From an uncultured Methanomicrobiaceae archaeon (GTDB lineage Archaea > Halobacteriota > Methanomicrobia > Methanomicrobiales > Methanoculleaceae): a stretch of DNA of 64,000 nucleotides. Made by a program: the position numbers and the translations under genes. Positions 1 through 12,141 of this stretch are shown piece after piece; position 1 is the first letter of the stretch; each line of letters starts with the position of its first letter. The notes under the pieces are model-generated. The model had not been told where the DNA came from. It searched no databases and saw only the letters and a list, made by a program, of their open reading frames with translations. Location of the stretch: assembly GCA_963826525.1 (NCBI GenBank), contig CAWGXH010000004.1:416001-480000 (forward strand), given 5' to 3'.

Positions 1-176
1 AACCGGTGTCAGGGGTCAGGATGCCCGCCTCTTCCTGCAAAGAAGCTGCTTTAAGAATCCCCACCGGAGAGAGCGCTGTTTCAGGAGGAGTCTGCCGAAA
101 ACTATATATATAGACATCGTCTGAATAGACCCGACGGGCGACCTTGAGCGGAGGTACGCACAGTGCAGGTGGGCGC

Positions 177-1192
177 ATGACAGTGCAGTTACTCAATGAC
201 AAAGATATCTGGGATACGTTCATCGACGAAAGCCCTTCCGGACTCCTCTTCCACAAATGGGACTATCTCACCATCACCGGGAAGCATACGGGATACACGT
301 TTCTCCCGTACGCTGTGTATAAAGGAGAAGAACTCATCTGCCTGTATCCGCTATTCCAGAAGAGGATACACGGCGTGAACGCGGTCTTCTCGCCACCTCC
401 CCTGACTGTCATCCCGCACCTCGGGTGCGTTATGAGCAGGGAGTTTGAGGCATTGAAGCAGAGCAAGAAGGAGACGTTCCTCAAACTTGTCTCCGACGAG
501 ATGCGGCAGGAGATTCAGAGTCTCTCGCCGAACTACATCTCCATAACTCTTGTCCCGGACTTTCTCGATATCAGGCAGTTCATCTGGGACGGTTTTTCGA
601 CGAGTATCCATTACTCCTATGTCGTCAATCTGGAAAAGTCCCTCGATGAACTCTGGGGAGATCTCCACTACAAGCTCCGGAACAAACTGAAGAAGCTGCA
701 AAATCAGATATGCAGCTGGTAAAAAGCAATGATCTCTCGACGTTCTACACGCTGCTCTCCGAACGCTACAGCGACCCCGCACTCGACATACCCGTCATCG
801 ATCGTGCCTATCTCACCGAGCTCATGCAGGCGTATCCCGACCGGATAGGGCTGTACTACCTGCAGGATGCGGCGGGGGACGTGGCCGGGTTCGTCACCAC
901 GCAGGAGTACAAGAAGTTCCTCCTCTGGATAGGGACGCCGCGGCTCGAGACGCGGGAGGCCGGTAACGAGTACCTCCAGTGGCTCCTGATCGAGAAGGCA
1001 AAAGCCGAAGGGTATTCTCAGCTCGAGAATATGGGAGCGAACAATAAGGATCTCGTCTTCTTCAAATCAAAGTTCAATCCCGATCTTCTGATCTATTTTG
1101 AGATATCGAAGAAGGACCGACTCGGTGCGGTCACCGAGTGGGCGTACCTCAACCTCGTCAAGAAGATGATGATGCGGACGGGGAGAGTTTAG
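177..1192 (+). CDS. FemAB-like GNAT-fold protein (glycan aminoacyl/acyl transferase family), frameshifted near 700-710
   Basis: ORFs 144..722 and 710..1192 join into one protein colinear with 1479..2510 (WDTFIDES-LFHKWD, FSPPP, GNEYLQW, FKSKF). The shift lies in an A-run. TATA-like TATATATATA at ~103-112. Confidence 0.75.
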
Positions 1193-1478
1193 AGGGCGTC
1201 CCTAGACCTCCCTACCCATCCCCGTGCGGGCCTTCAGACCCCTGCTGCGGGCGGCATGCACCCATTCTCCAAAGCATCCGGCGGCCCCGGGTAAGAAACG
1301 ATACAGGACTGCCCCCGGAGTCCATTCTGCCGTCAAGATGCACTCCGTTGCGGGGATGTCCGGGGAGCAGATGAGAGGCGGGCTCCACCGTCGCCTCAAC
1401 ACAAAATGTTATATATTGCGAGAGAGGGATTAGGTTCGTCGAGCATACCGGCAGTCGAAAGGGGGAAGCGGTGACGGA

Positions 1479-2510
1479 ATGACGGTCGAGACGCTAGGGG
1501 ATAGAGAAACCTGGGATACGTTCGTTGACGAGAGCGCCGGGGGGCTGCTCTTTCACAAGTGGGACTTTTTGAAGATCACCGAGGAGCATACCGGATACCG
1601 GTTCAACCCGTACGGCATCTATAAGGGCGAAGAGCTGATCAGCGTCTTTCCCCTCTTCTGCAAGAACGTACACGGTCTAAAGACGGCCTTCTCACCCCCG
1701 CCCATGCAGTCGATCATCCCGTACCTCGGGTTTGTCATGGGGCGGGAGTACGAGGCTCTCAAGCAGAGCAAGAAAGAATCCTTCTTAAAGATGGTCTCGG
1801 ACGACATCCACACCACACTCCGGGAGTTCTCGCCGAGTTACCTCTCGATGACGCTGGTGCCGGACCTCCTCGATATCAGGAACTTCATCTGGAACCAGTA
1901 CAGTGCAAAGGTTCATTACACCTACACCGTCGATCTGACGCAGTCATCGGAGGAGATCTGGAGAGGTTTCCACTACAAACTGCGGAATAAACTGAAGAAG
2001 TCCTCACAGTCGGGGATGGAGCTCATTCGGGAGCATGATATAGCGACGGTCTACCAGGCGGTCTCGGACAGGTTCAGCCAGCCGTCGATGAACATCCCCA
2101 TGATCAGCAGGCGGTATTTTGAGGATCTCTTCCGTGCATACCCGGATCACCTTGCTGCCTACAACCTCTACGACAGAGGCGGAGAACTCGTGGGCACCGT
2201 CACCACGCAGGAGTACAAACGGTTTCTCCTCTGGATGGGTACTCCACGGATGGATACTGGCGGCAGCGGCAACGAGTACCTCCAGTGGCTCCTCATGCTG
2301 AAAGCAAAAGAACGCGGATTTTTAAGGCTTGAGAATATCGGTGCGAACACGGAGAACCTGAACATCTTCAAATCCAAATTCGGTTTCGATATAACCGTGT
2401 ATCTTGAATTATACCGGAAAAATACACTCGGGGCGATGGCGGAGTGGGCATACACCAACATCATCAACTCGAGCCGGCTGAAGCGGAGAGTCGTATCCTA
2501 CATCGAGTGA
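1479..2510 (+). CDS. FemAB-like GNAT-fold protein, tandem paralog
   Basis: Intact 343-aa ORF with WD..V, YTVDL, GAN...FKSKFG motifs typical of FemAB-related GNATs in polysaccharide loci. Confidence 0.8.
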   Translation: MTVETLGDRETWDTFVDESAGGLLFHKWDFLKITEEHTGYRFNPYGIYKGEELISVFPLFCKNVHGLKTAFSPPPMQSIIPYLGFVMGREYEALKQSKKESFLKMVSDDIHTTLREFSPSYLSMTLVPDLLDIRNFIWNQYSAKVHYTYTVDLTQSSEEIWRGFHYKLRNKLKKSSQSGMELIREHDIATVYQAVSDRFSQPSMNIPMISRRYFEDLFRAYPDHLAAYNLYDRGGELVGTVTTQEYKRFLLWMGTPRMDTGGSGNEYLQWLLMLKAKERGFLRLENIGANTENLNIFKSKFGFDITVYLELYRKNTLGAMAEWAYTNIINSSRLKRRVVSYIE

Positions 2511-2655
2511 CCGGCACCGCACCTGCCTGCAAGAACGCTTCACGTTTTATTCTCCCCCCACACGCAGGCTTCACGGAGGATGCCGATACATCCTCCCACC
2601 CGGGGTCATACGGGGCCTCCCACCGGGCTCCTCTCTCCGCGTCCTTATCCGGCCT

Positions 2656-4051
2656 CTACCCGCTATGCAGGTCCCCAACTTCAATCGGCAGTTTCTGGAT
2701 GAGATAGCGATACTTACCGCCTGCAGTCCGGGGGATGCTGTCGACAAAGCAGACTGCGACCCTGATCCCATCGCCAAGCTGCCACTGCAGCTCCCGCCTG
2801 AGCCGCTCGGTATCACGGTCGGTATACCCGGGTTTCTTCACGATCTTGAGAACAAGTTCTCCCATTGTCTCCTGGTACATCTGGAACTGCCTGATATTCT
2901 CGAAAGCATCGGACTCATAATTGATCGGCGTGACCGAGATCAGGTGACCGTTCCCGGTGACGATAAACTCCTGCAACCTTCCTTCCACCTTCTCAAGCAG
3001 GGGGTACGCCCGCCCGCAGGCACAGGATTTGTCGGCCAAGACGGCAACGTCCTTTGTCCGGTACCGGATGAGCGGGCAGATGTAATTGGTGAGGCTCGTT
3101 GCCACCACCTCACCCATCGCCCCTGGCTGGTGGAGGGGCTCGTCGTCTTTGCCGATCAGTTCGACGATCCCGTACTCGGAGAAGATGTGGTAGCAGGAAC
3201 TCTCCTCGCACTCCCCGGCAAGGACGGTCTGTTCGCTGTTGCCGTACCAACTGTAGACCCGGCACCCAAAGACATCCTCGATCGAGCTCGCGCTGCCAGG
3301 GGTAGAGGTTCTCCGACCCGCAGAGGATGGCCTTCAGCGTCGGAAACGGTGCAACGGCGTTCTGCCGCATATACTGCGCGAGCGTGACTATCATCGAGGG
3401 ATACGTATGAATATACTTCGGCCGGAACGATCGGATCCGGTCGATATACGCAGGCAGCGTCTCCTCGGTCATCTGGTGGGAGGACATGAGGAGCCAGCGG
3501 CCGAAGAGAGCCTTCTTCCAGAATATGCGGCTCTCGGCCGAATCGACGATATGCCCGCGGAGGACGACGCACCGGTCGCTGAACCGGTAGCCGACCCGGT
3601 CCCACTGCGCCTTCATGAACGCCCACTCCTTCGCTCGCGAGACCCCTTTCTCGTAGTAGAACCCCATCGGGATACCGGTCGAACCGGATGTCCTGACGTA
3701 CTCAAAGGCGCTCTCCGGATAGTTGGTCGCCCGGAGTTCCGGGAGGTTGTTCTGGATGATCTCCTTCGTGAGAAAGGGGAGCAGGTGGAGGTCGGCGAGG
3801 TCCCGGATATCCTCCGGTTTGAGACCACGCTCGTCGAAGATACGCCGGTAGTAGGGGACATGCTCGTACGCGTGGTCGAGCAGCCGTGACAGTTCGGCAC
3901 GCTGGTAGGCCTCGAGCTCCTCACGGCTCCACCACTGCGAACGCCGGAGAAAGGCATAGGTCTCCCTGAAGGCCAGGTACGACGGAAGAAGGCTGAGCGC
4001 TTTCAGCGTCAGAGGGTTCGCCGCTCCGAACCTTTCAAGCATACCAGTCAT
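2656..4051 (-). CDS. Phenylacetate-CoA ligase family / CapK-like adenylate-forming enzyme, frameshifted near 3283 and ~3120
   Basis: AYEHVPYYR, LPFLTKE, TSGSTG (AMP-binding), PLIRYRTKD, VEGR and IPRTAGGKYR across ORFs 3110..4255 and 2656..3117. Confidence 0.8.
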
Positions 4052-4819
4052 GCGACAAACATCCTCAGTACTCACGGAGCGTATGCAGAATGCACGCGGA
4101 TCTTCTGAGCAGCGCACGGAAGCCCGCAGACCTGCAGCATCAGCGATGCCCACCACCGGGGGGCTTCCCGCAGCAGTGCTGGCATCCAATCTTCTCCATG
4201 CTCTCTCCTGATCATACATCTCAAACTTCCGGGACACATATCTCCGGACGGGCATTCCTCTCAGGGGTCATGGAACCGATCCATCCCCACACTTTCCAAA
4301 TTACGGGCTGAAATACTGTAATGCCACCAATTCTTCGATGAAAGAAGATACCCTCACCGAAGAGGAGCATACCGGCGCTCTCGCTCTCTATCTACAAAAT
4401 ACATAATATAAAAACATTGCCTCACCCGGGACATCCCCCCCGGGCTCTGATACCCGGAGGCGGGAACCGGAAACCGACCTTGAGGGGCAGTTAGGGACGA
4501 CATCCGTTCATTCACCCCGGACTTCCCGCCCGGAGCAGAACCGAACTCAGACTCATATTGAGGAGAACTCATCACTCACCGGGACCGGTACCGATTTCGG
4601 AGGTATGTAAAGAGCGATCGGCCAGGCAAATTTTTAAATAGTGTGAGGTTGTCCATGGGTACGTCTTCGCATCAAGAAGAAGCGACACCTGGGACTGAAG
4701 ATACACCCGCTCCGGGTGTATAAGCCGCAGGTAAAGGGGGGAATAAAATTCTACAGAGCAGCATTACTGATAGCCTTAGCGGTGCCCGGACCTCCGCGGA
4801 GATGCCACTTGAAGGAGCC

Positions 4820-5935
4820 ATGCAGAAAGAGATCCAGGCCCTCGCCGGAGGATTGCGGCGGAAGAACGATAGTGTTCCGGAGGATGTCGATTTTTCGGTT
4901 CCCATTGGGTGGGAAGAGCGGACAGGGCACCTCGACGACGAGCCGATAAAGCGCCTGATCATCTTTCTACGTTCGACCGGATGTGAATGGGTCGATAAGA
5001 CCGGCGGCTGCACGATGTGTGGTTTCTACTGTGCAACGTCGCACGGGCGCGAAGTTTCTGCAGGCGACTACGTACGCCAGTTCGAACACATAATGGAGAC
5101 GGTTGACCTCGGGGATTATCCGGTCATCTCAATCTATAACGACGGCAACATATTCAACGAGCACGAGATGCCGCTTGCAGCCATCAAAGGGATCTGCGGA
5201 CAGATCGATGGATACCCGGGGATCAAAAAGGTCGTCGTCGAATCGAGGATCGATTACTCCCCCGAGGATCGGGTGCTCGCGATGAAGAAGTACCTGAACG
5301 GGCGGCAGCTCGAACTGGCGTTCGGTTTTGAGTCGGCGAACCCGCAGGTGATGAATCTCTGCATCAACAAAGGGTTCACCTCGCATAACTTCGACACCTT
5401 CTTTGAGCGGATGCAGCGGCTCGGTGTCCTCACGAAACCCCTCTTGCTGGTAAAACCGCCATTTTTAACCGAGTCCGAGTCAGTAGCCGATATTCTGCAG
5501 ACGCTGGACTACCTCGCCTCACGGGGTATCGACTACGTCGATCTCGAGGTGACGACCGTCGAGAAGAACACAGTCGTACACGAACTCTGGAAGCACGGTC
5601 TCTACCGGCCGCCGTGGCTCTGGAGTCTCGTCGATCTGCTGCAGAGAGCCGAAAGCCGGTACGGCGATCGCATGCATATCTACGTAAGCCCCTGGACGTA
5701 CTCGGTCGAATCGCTCGACTGGGCACATAACTGCGGGACGTGCGATCAGGAACTGGTCAGAGCCGTGGAAGAGTACAATCACCGGTTCGATACCGGTGTA
5801 TTCGACGGAATCGACTGTTCATGTATCGATACCGGATGGGCGGAGGCCTTCGGCGAGCAGGATAGCCGGACGATTCCCGAACGCATCCGGGATCAGCTGG
5901 CGCTTATTCGATCCGCATCGGATAACTACTGGTAA
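4820..5935 (+). CDS. RaSEA/TIGR01210-type radical SAM protein, divergent paralog
   Basis: GCEWVDKTGGCTMCG cluster motif, VESR, GFESAN, CINKG, KPPFLTE, YRPPWLWS, HNCGTCD and C-terminal CSC. GGAG RBS precedes ATG 4820. Confidence 0.8.
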   Translation: MQKEIQALAGGLRRKNDSVPEDVDFSVPIGWEERTGHLDDEPIKRLIIFLRSTGCEWVDKTGGCTMCGFYCATSHGREVSAGDYVRQFEHIMETVDLGDYPVISIYNDGNIFNEHEMPLAAIKGICGQIDGYPGIKKVVVESRIDYSPEDRVLAMKKYLNGRQLELAFGFESANPQVMNLCINKGFTSHNFDTFFERMQRLGVLTKPLLLVKPPFLTESESVADILQTLDYLASRGIDYVDLEVTTVEKNTVVHELWKHGLYRPPWLWSLVDLLQRAESRYGDRMHIYVSPWTYSVESLDWAHNCGTCDQELVRAVEEYNHRFDTGVFDGIDCSCIDTGWAEAFGEQDSRTIPERIRDQLALIRSASDNYW

Positions 5936-6153
5936 TCTACCTCTTTTCTCGTAAGTACGAACCGTTCGTCCGAAAGACGGGTACTCGAAAAAGTTCCGGG
6001 ATATGCTGAAAATCATCCAAAAGGGTCTGCGACTCGATTAGCCACCGCCATATGAGCCCGGATATCCGGAATCCGGCAATCTCCGGATTATATCGCAGCG
6101 CGGGGGAGGGAATCTCCCCCTCCCGGCGCCGAGGTTTCGGGATGAACCCGTCC

Positions 6154-8307
6154 TCAGAGCCCGACGGAACTCGTATCGATCGCAAGCGGCCTCCCGGCAT
6201 CGATCGACTCCCATGCCCTGAGCGTTGCCAGCGTGGTTGCGACGCTGCCGGCGAAATCGGGCTCTTCACCCCTGGCAAAAGCCATAAGTTCTTCGAGAAA
6301 GCCCTTGTCCTGGGAGAGCCAGCGCCGCTCCTTCTCTGCCTTCCCGTCTTTCATCAATCGGAGTTCCCGGAAATCCGTTATCCGGCCGACGGCACCGCTC
6401 GAAAAGACCTCGACCGCCTCCTTGGAGTAGGCGCGGTCGCCGAGCGTCGTATACGTGACCGTCCCGAGCGAACCGTCATCGAAGGTCAGCACCGCCTGGA
6501 AGTTGTCGTACTTGCTGATAGTGCCGACCGGCTCGATTGCACGTGCATAGACCTGCGTCGGCAGTGCACCGGTCATATACTGCATGTAGTCGATGAAGTG
6601 GCAGCACTCGGAGATAAGCATCCCGGAACCCTGCTCCTCGTCGTGAACCCAGTGATCGGCCGGGATCTGCCCGGCATTCACCCGATAGTTGATAACCATC
6701 GGAGAACTTCGGTTCGCAAAGAACGCCTTCATCCTCCGGGAGAGCGGTGAGTAGCGGCGGTTAAACCCGACCATCACCGATCCGTCGGTACTGCTTCGCC
6801 GCATCGACCACCAGCCGGAGTTCCTCGAGTGTCGTTGCCAGGGGTTTTTCGACAAAAACACTCTTTCCGGCGGCAAGAGCCTCAGCCACCATCGCCGCGT
6901 GCATATCGTTTCGGGTAGCGATCATCACCGCCTGGATCCCGGGGTCGTCGAGGATCTTCCGGTAATCCGTGGTGCAGTAGTCGAACCCGTACTTCTTCGC
7001 GACCGAATGGGCGGAGAGACCCGTCGCCGTCGCCAGCCCCCGGAGCGAGACCGGCAGGAGCGGGAGGTGGGGATAGAGGGCGTTCAGCGCATGCACACCC
7101 GCACCGATACACCCGAGATTCCGCCCGGAAACGGCCCGTTTTTCATTCTTCGCCGGGCTCTTCTGCATCACCGTAACGCTCCCGGCCGGGCTTTTCCCGT
7201 TCCCGTTCGGGCTGTACTTCAGCAAAACGCCGAGGTACTTCTCCTTGCCGCCCGCGATCATCGCATACGCGTCCGGCGCCGCGGCGAGCTCGAACTCGTG
7301 CGTGATCAGCCGGTCAAGCGAGATCTTCTTCTCCCGGACGAGCTCGAGGAAGGCCTCCATGTTCCGCCGCTCCGTCCACCGGACGTAGATCGGGTAGTCT
7401 ATTCCCCGTTCTTCGTAGTTCCGGTCGTACCGCCCGAGGCCGTACGATCTCGAGACCACGACTTCGGCCTCCTTTTCGTAGAAGACGTCCCGCGGGATGT
7501 CGAGACCGACGTTGCCGACGACGACGACCCGTCCTCTGTCACGGACGAGGTGCCCCGCAGCCTCGATAGGCGCGTTCGATTTTGTCGCGGCCGTGATGAT
7601 GACGGCATCGGCTCCGAATGGAGAGAAACTCTGCAGTTTTTCGAGGAGCCCGTCGTAGTTCGAGGTGCGGTCGGCACCAAGCTCCCGTGCGAGCGCCAGT
7701 TTTTCAGGGTCGATATCGATGCCGAAGACCCGTGCTCCGGCCGCCTTCAGTATCTGGACAGTGAGGATGCCGATAAGCCCGAGGCCGATGACGGCGACGG
7801 TCTCCCCGAGGCTCGCCTCGGCATTCCGCACCCCCTGCATCGCTATCGCCCCCACCGTTGTAAACGATGCCTCCTGCAGGCTCACACCCTCCGGGACGGG
7901 GACACAGAGGTTCTTCGGAACGGAGACGTACTCGGCGTGGACGGCATACCCCGCACCCCCGCAGGCGACCCGGTCACCGATCGCAAAGTCGTCGGCACCG
8001 GTCTCCGCAACGATCCCGGCACAGCTGTACCGAGCGGCTCGGGTTTTGAAAGGCGGCTCATCGCCTGCTGATAGGCGGAGAGAGGGCCGTCCGTCGTCAC
8101 CTTCTGGAGTACTTTCTTCACGTCGTCCGGGCGATCCTTCGCCTTTCCGACGAGAGACTTCTTCGCAAGGTTGATGAGAGCGGTCTCGGTGCCGGCGCTG
8201 ATGAGGGAGTAGCGGTTCTCAACGACGAGACCTCTCCTCGCCAGGGGGACGGGAACGTCCTCTACCTGGATGCCTCCTGACTGTAGATCAAGCAATACCT
8301 GTTTCAT
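6154..8307 (-). CDS. Bi-domain oxidoreductase (Zn-ADH-like N-terminus + Gfo/Idh/MocA C-terminus), frameshifted near 8030 and 6780
   Basis: MKQVL, SLISAGTE, GLGLIG, SRSYG.GRYD..YEE.G.DYP..YVRWTE.RN, VFVEKPLA, VGFNRRYSP, ECCHFID, QDKG. Confidence 0.85.
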
Positions 8308-9493
8308 AGTAATTCTCCCATACGAGTGACTGGGTGAGACAGTCCAGCACTTCCGATGTCATAAATAGATCCGGAAAATTTCTCGACGGCTCTACCGTAG
8401 ACGTTTGAATCCGAAGCATCCTGCAGAGGAGATCGAACGTCCGCGAGTCGACGGCGTCGGCATACCTTCTTCGCGCTATCTGGCGGTACATGCCGTACCC
8501 GAATCGGAATGCCCGGTGCTGCAGGGGAAACTCCCCGAGTGCGGCCGTTCGCATGGCAGTATGCACCGAGGGGACAAAATCGCCCCATGAACCCGGCTCC
8601 CAGCGGAGTACCAGCCCGCTCACGCTCCGCGTAAGACCCTGCAATGAGCGATCCGCATACTGCCGGTACGCTTCATCCTGCCGGGAGAGATAGTTAAGCG
8701 ACGCATACGCAAACCCGTAGGCTCCGCTCAGATAGTAGGCGAACATGAGCCCGCTTGCCGACCAGTCGAACCGGCCGTCACGCCGCTGCTGCCTGATAAG
8801 CCATTCCGCTGCCTTCCGAAGGCTTTCTTCTACTGTAGCATCCCGAAGGACAGTGTTGATCTTGGCAAGGTAGTGCATCGTGACGGCCTGGTAATGGACA
8901 CAGGGAACGTCGAAGGCGTAGGGGTATGTCCCTTTATCCACGGCATACGGGTATACACCGCTCTCCCGCTGGTTACGGACGATGTTTTCAGCGGCACGGG
9001 CGGCGGCAGCGAGACACGCACCGTCATCAAACAACCCGCCGTACCTCGCCAGAAATGCACCGCACGAAGCATCGACATTCAGGTGATCGGCCGTGTACTC
9101 CGACGATTTGAGGAAATAGCCGGGACGCAGCTCCTGCGAGAGGACGTAGTCCCGGGCATTCTGGAGCGGCGTATCATGAGGAGAAAGGCCATAGGCATCG
9201 ACGAGAGCCTCCCCAATGAAGGACGTGATCAGTGCCGACGGCTGATTGTAGTTGACGTGGATCTCGTTCCACGAACCGTCGTCGTTCTGTGCCTCCACCA
9301 CGAAGCGGAGAATGGATCCGACAAGTTCGATCTCGCCCGTCCGGAGAAGTGCTTTCACGACCTCCGCATGAACCCGGTTTCGGACGATGCCGAATACCGG
9401 GTCCCGGATGTACGCCGTATCGCCGCCAAAAACCACGTTCCGCTTGACTTCATCCAGAATACCACGGGTTATCTCTGCTACGCGCCCTTCCAT
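8288..9493 (-). CDS. Alpha/alpha-toroid (prenyltransferase/squalene-cyclase-repeat-like) protein of glycan loci
   Basis: 401-aa ORF with QW-like repeats (AQNDDGSW, NQRESGVY, QQRRDGRF). Overlaps both neighbours, so it is operonic. Confidence 0.6.
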   Translation of the reverse strand: MEGRVAEITRGILDEVKRNVVFGGDTAYIRDPVFGIVRNRVHAEVVKALLRTGEIELVGSILRFVVEAQNDDGSWNEIHVNYNQPSALITSFIGEALVDAYGLSPHDTPLQNARDYVLSQELRPGYFLKSSEYTADHLNVDASCGAFLARYGGLFDDGACLAAAARAAENIVRNQRESGVYPYAVDKGTYPYAFDVPCVHYQAVTMHYLAKINTVLRDATVEESLRKAAEWLIRQQRRDGRFDWSASGLMFAYYLSGAYGFAYASLNYLSRQDEAYRQYADRSLQGLTRSVSGLVLRWEPGSWGDFVPSVHTAMRTAALGEFPLQHRAFRFGYGMYRQIARRRYADAVDSRTFDLLCRMLRIQTSTVEPSRNFPDLFMTSEVLDCLTQSLVWENYYETGIA

Positions 9494-10687
9494 GCCATCC
9501 TCTCGATCTGCTGCTTGAGTTTCTGGGCTACCGTCTTGCGGTCGTAATTCTTTGTCACGTACTCTCTCCCCTGCCGCCCCATCTCCTCCATTCTCCCGGG
9601 GTTATCGATGAGCGATGCAAGCGCCCGGGCGATCGCTTCAGGAGTGTTGTCGGCGATAATGCCGGCACCGGATTCCCGGGCCAGATGTGCAATCTCGCCG
9701 TCTCCACAGCCCACAAAGGGAATGCCGCATGCCATGTACTCATACGCCTTGGTCGGAACTGCGTACTCGAGATTTGCCATCTTCTTCAGCGGGGCGACCC
9801 CGACGAGCGACTCCGAGAGGAGTCGCGGGAATCTCCTCGCGGGGAAGGACACCCGGAAAGAGAACCCAGTCGGTCAGGTCTTCCGCCCGGACGAGCTGCT
9901 CGAGCTGTCCCCGAATATCGCCGTCGCCGATGATAAGGAATTTGAGGTTATACCTGCCGTTCATAGCCTTCACAGCCAGGGCAACCTTATCAAGGTCCTG
10001 GGCGTGCCCGACGTTTCCGGCGTAGACTATCTGCCGTTTCTTCTCACCAATCACGGGCTGGAAGAGATCGGTATTGACACCGTTCGGCATGAGTTCCATG
10101 GGTGCGGCAACCCGGTACCGCGAGGCGATTCTCCTGCCGAGTTCGGTGGTCGTAACGCCGACGAGATCTGCATTGTCAAGGCAGAGTTGTTCGAACCGTC
10201 TGCTCATCCGCTCGTAGAGACTTCCTTCCCTGACGAAGCCAAGACTGACCGAGGCATCGATCCAGAGGTCCCGGATATCGAGGATCCACTGCTTCTTGAA
10301 GAGGCGCTTTGCCGCATATCCGGGTATTCCGGTGAAGAGCGGCGGGGTCGATGTGATGATGACATCGTATCGCCCCGAGGTGACGAGGAGGCGCAGGAGC
10401 ACGTGCAGGGGAAACACAAGATAGTAGAGCATTCTACTGATGAATCCCGGGTCACGTGTCTTCGGCTGCCAGCCAAAGAGGCGTATCACCTCGACGCCGC
10501 CCACTTCAGTGGTTTTTGAGGGGGTCCAGATTCTCGGAAACGTACCGGTCGGAAACGTCGGGTGAGGCGCGACGACCGTCACCAGAACACCCATGTTAGC
10601 AAGGTGCATGGCCGTATCGTAGATACGCGACGCGTTCCCGGAACGCTCGGGGGGAAAGTGCTGCGAGACAATGAGCACACGTTTCAT
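9478..10687 (-). CDS. Glycosyltransferase family 4 (WbuB-like), frameshifted near 9826
   Basis: SQHFPPE, TSTPP, DIRDLW, PNGV, YAGNVGHAQ, PTKAYEYMACGIP. Confidence 0.85.
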
Positions 10688-10750
10688 CTTAACGCCTCAC
10701 CCCACTGACCGGGCACCCGATGCCCTGTCGATCCCGAAGGGCCCGTAGCA

Positions 10751-12121
10751 TCACGAAATATCCCCCCGCTCCCGATGCGAGAGGGGCGGCAGGATCGGGG
10801 CGATTGCCGACGGGCCCATCGAGAGCACCGCAGATTCCTGACCCTGACTGATCTTGGAAATGCCGAGGGTTACGAGCGGCGAACTCGTGCCGTCGCCGAG
10901 CACCCGGACAGCAAACCCTTCGTTTACCCATTTCTCGTGCGGCAGGATGTTCCTTGTATCCACGACGTTCTTCGTTCGCATGCTGGCACTGGCAGGATCA
11001 AGCGTTCTGAAATAGTCGTGGTCGGCAAGCACCACAATGCAGTCGCTGTCCCGGACAGCTTCATCGAGGTCGAAGAGCGGATAGTGGAACTGCTTTACGT
11101 GCGGGTCGAAGCACCGGACGGTATACCCCTCGTTCTCTGCAAGTTTGATGAACTTGATCGCAGGGCTCTCCCGCGTGTCGTCGACGTTGCCTTTGTAGGA
11201 GACGCCAAAGACGGTGACGTTCACATCGCGGATACCGTGCATGAGGCCGCGGATGACATGCAGAACGTAATTGGGCATGGAGTCGTTGACCTCACGCGCC
11301 ATCGAGATCATCTTGCACCGGGTCGAGTTCTCCGTCAGGAACCAGGGGTCGATGGCGATGCAGTGCCCGCCGACACCGGGACCCGGATTTAAGATAGAGA
11401 CCCGGGGATGCTTGTTTGCAAGATTAATCGCCTCCCATACATTGATGCCGCACTCTTCCGAGAGTTGGGCAAACTCGTTTGCGAGAGCAATACTGACGTC
11501 GCGGCAGGTGTTCTCCATCAACTTGACAAACTCGGCGGTCTTTGTATCGGTCTGATAGATAGTGCCGCGCACAAACGAACGGTAGAGTGCGATTGTCCGC
11601 TCCGTCGATTCGCGGTCGTAGCCGCCGATGACTCTGCTGTTGTTCACCATCTCCTGCAGGGTGCTTCCCGGGATAGCACGCTCAGGGCAGTGTGCATACA
11701 GAAACTCCCCGACGGAAAGCCCACCTTTCTCGAGCCTCGGGATGATCACCCGCTCGCTCGTCCCCGGCGGCACCGTCGACTCGAGGATGACGTGATTGCC
11801 CTTCCGGAGATACGGCGCAATCATACCCGCAGCCTTCTTGACGAAGGTGAGGTCCGAGACTTTCGTCCCGGAGTCGAGCGGTGTCGGGACAGCGATCAGA
11901 AAGACGTCCGCCTCCTCAGGCTCGGTCTTTGCGACGAACCGGTCGCGTGCCCGGGCAAAGAGCTCGCATATTCCCGGCTCTTCAAACGGTACCGTTCCCT
12001 GATTCAGGGTGTTCACAACGCTCTGCTTAACGTCGACACCAACGACGTCCGACCCCGAAGCCGCAAATAGCAGTGCTGTCGGTAGACCAATGTATCCCAA
12101 TCCTAGAACGCAGATTTTCAT
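10751..12121 (-). CDS. wecC: Nucleotide sugar dehydrogenase (UDP-ManNAc dehydrogenase type)
   Basis: GLGYIGLP, AVPTP, ESTVPPGT, HCPER, KLMEN, GPGVGGHCIAIDP, DTRESP. Confidence 0.85.
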   Translation of the reverse strand: MKICVLGLGYIGLPTALLFAASGSDVVGVDVKQSVVNTLNQGTVPFEEPGICELFARARDRFVAKTEPEEADVFLIAVPTPLDSGTKVSDLTFVKKAAGMIAPYLRKGNHVILESTVPPGTSERVIIPRLEKGGLSVGEFLYAHCPERAIPGSTLQEMVNNSRVIGGYDRESTERTIALYRSFVRGTIYQTDTKTAEFVKLMENTCRDVSIALANEFAQLSEECGINVWEAINLANKHPRVSILNPGPGVGGHCIAIDPWFLTENSTRCKMISMAREVNDSMPNYVLHVIRGLMHGIRDVNVTVFGVSYKGNVDDTRESPAIKFIKLAENEGYTVRCFDPHVKQFHYPLFDLDEAVRDSDCIVVLADHDYFRTLDPASASMRTKNVVDTRNILPHEKWVNEGFAVRVLGDGTSSPLVTLGISKISQGQESAVLSMGPSAIAPILPPLSHRERGDIS

Positions 12122-12141
12122 GTTTTCCCCCCAAAATCGCT

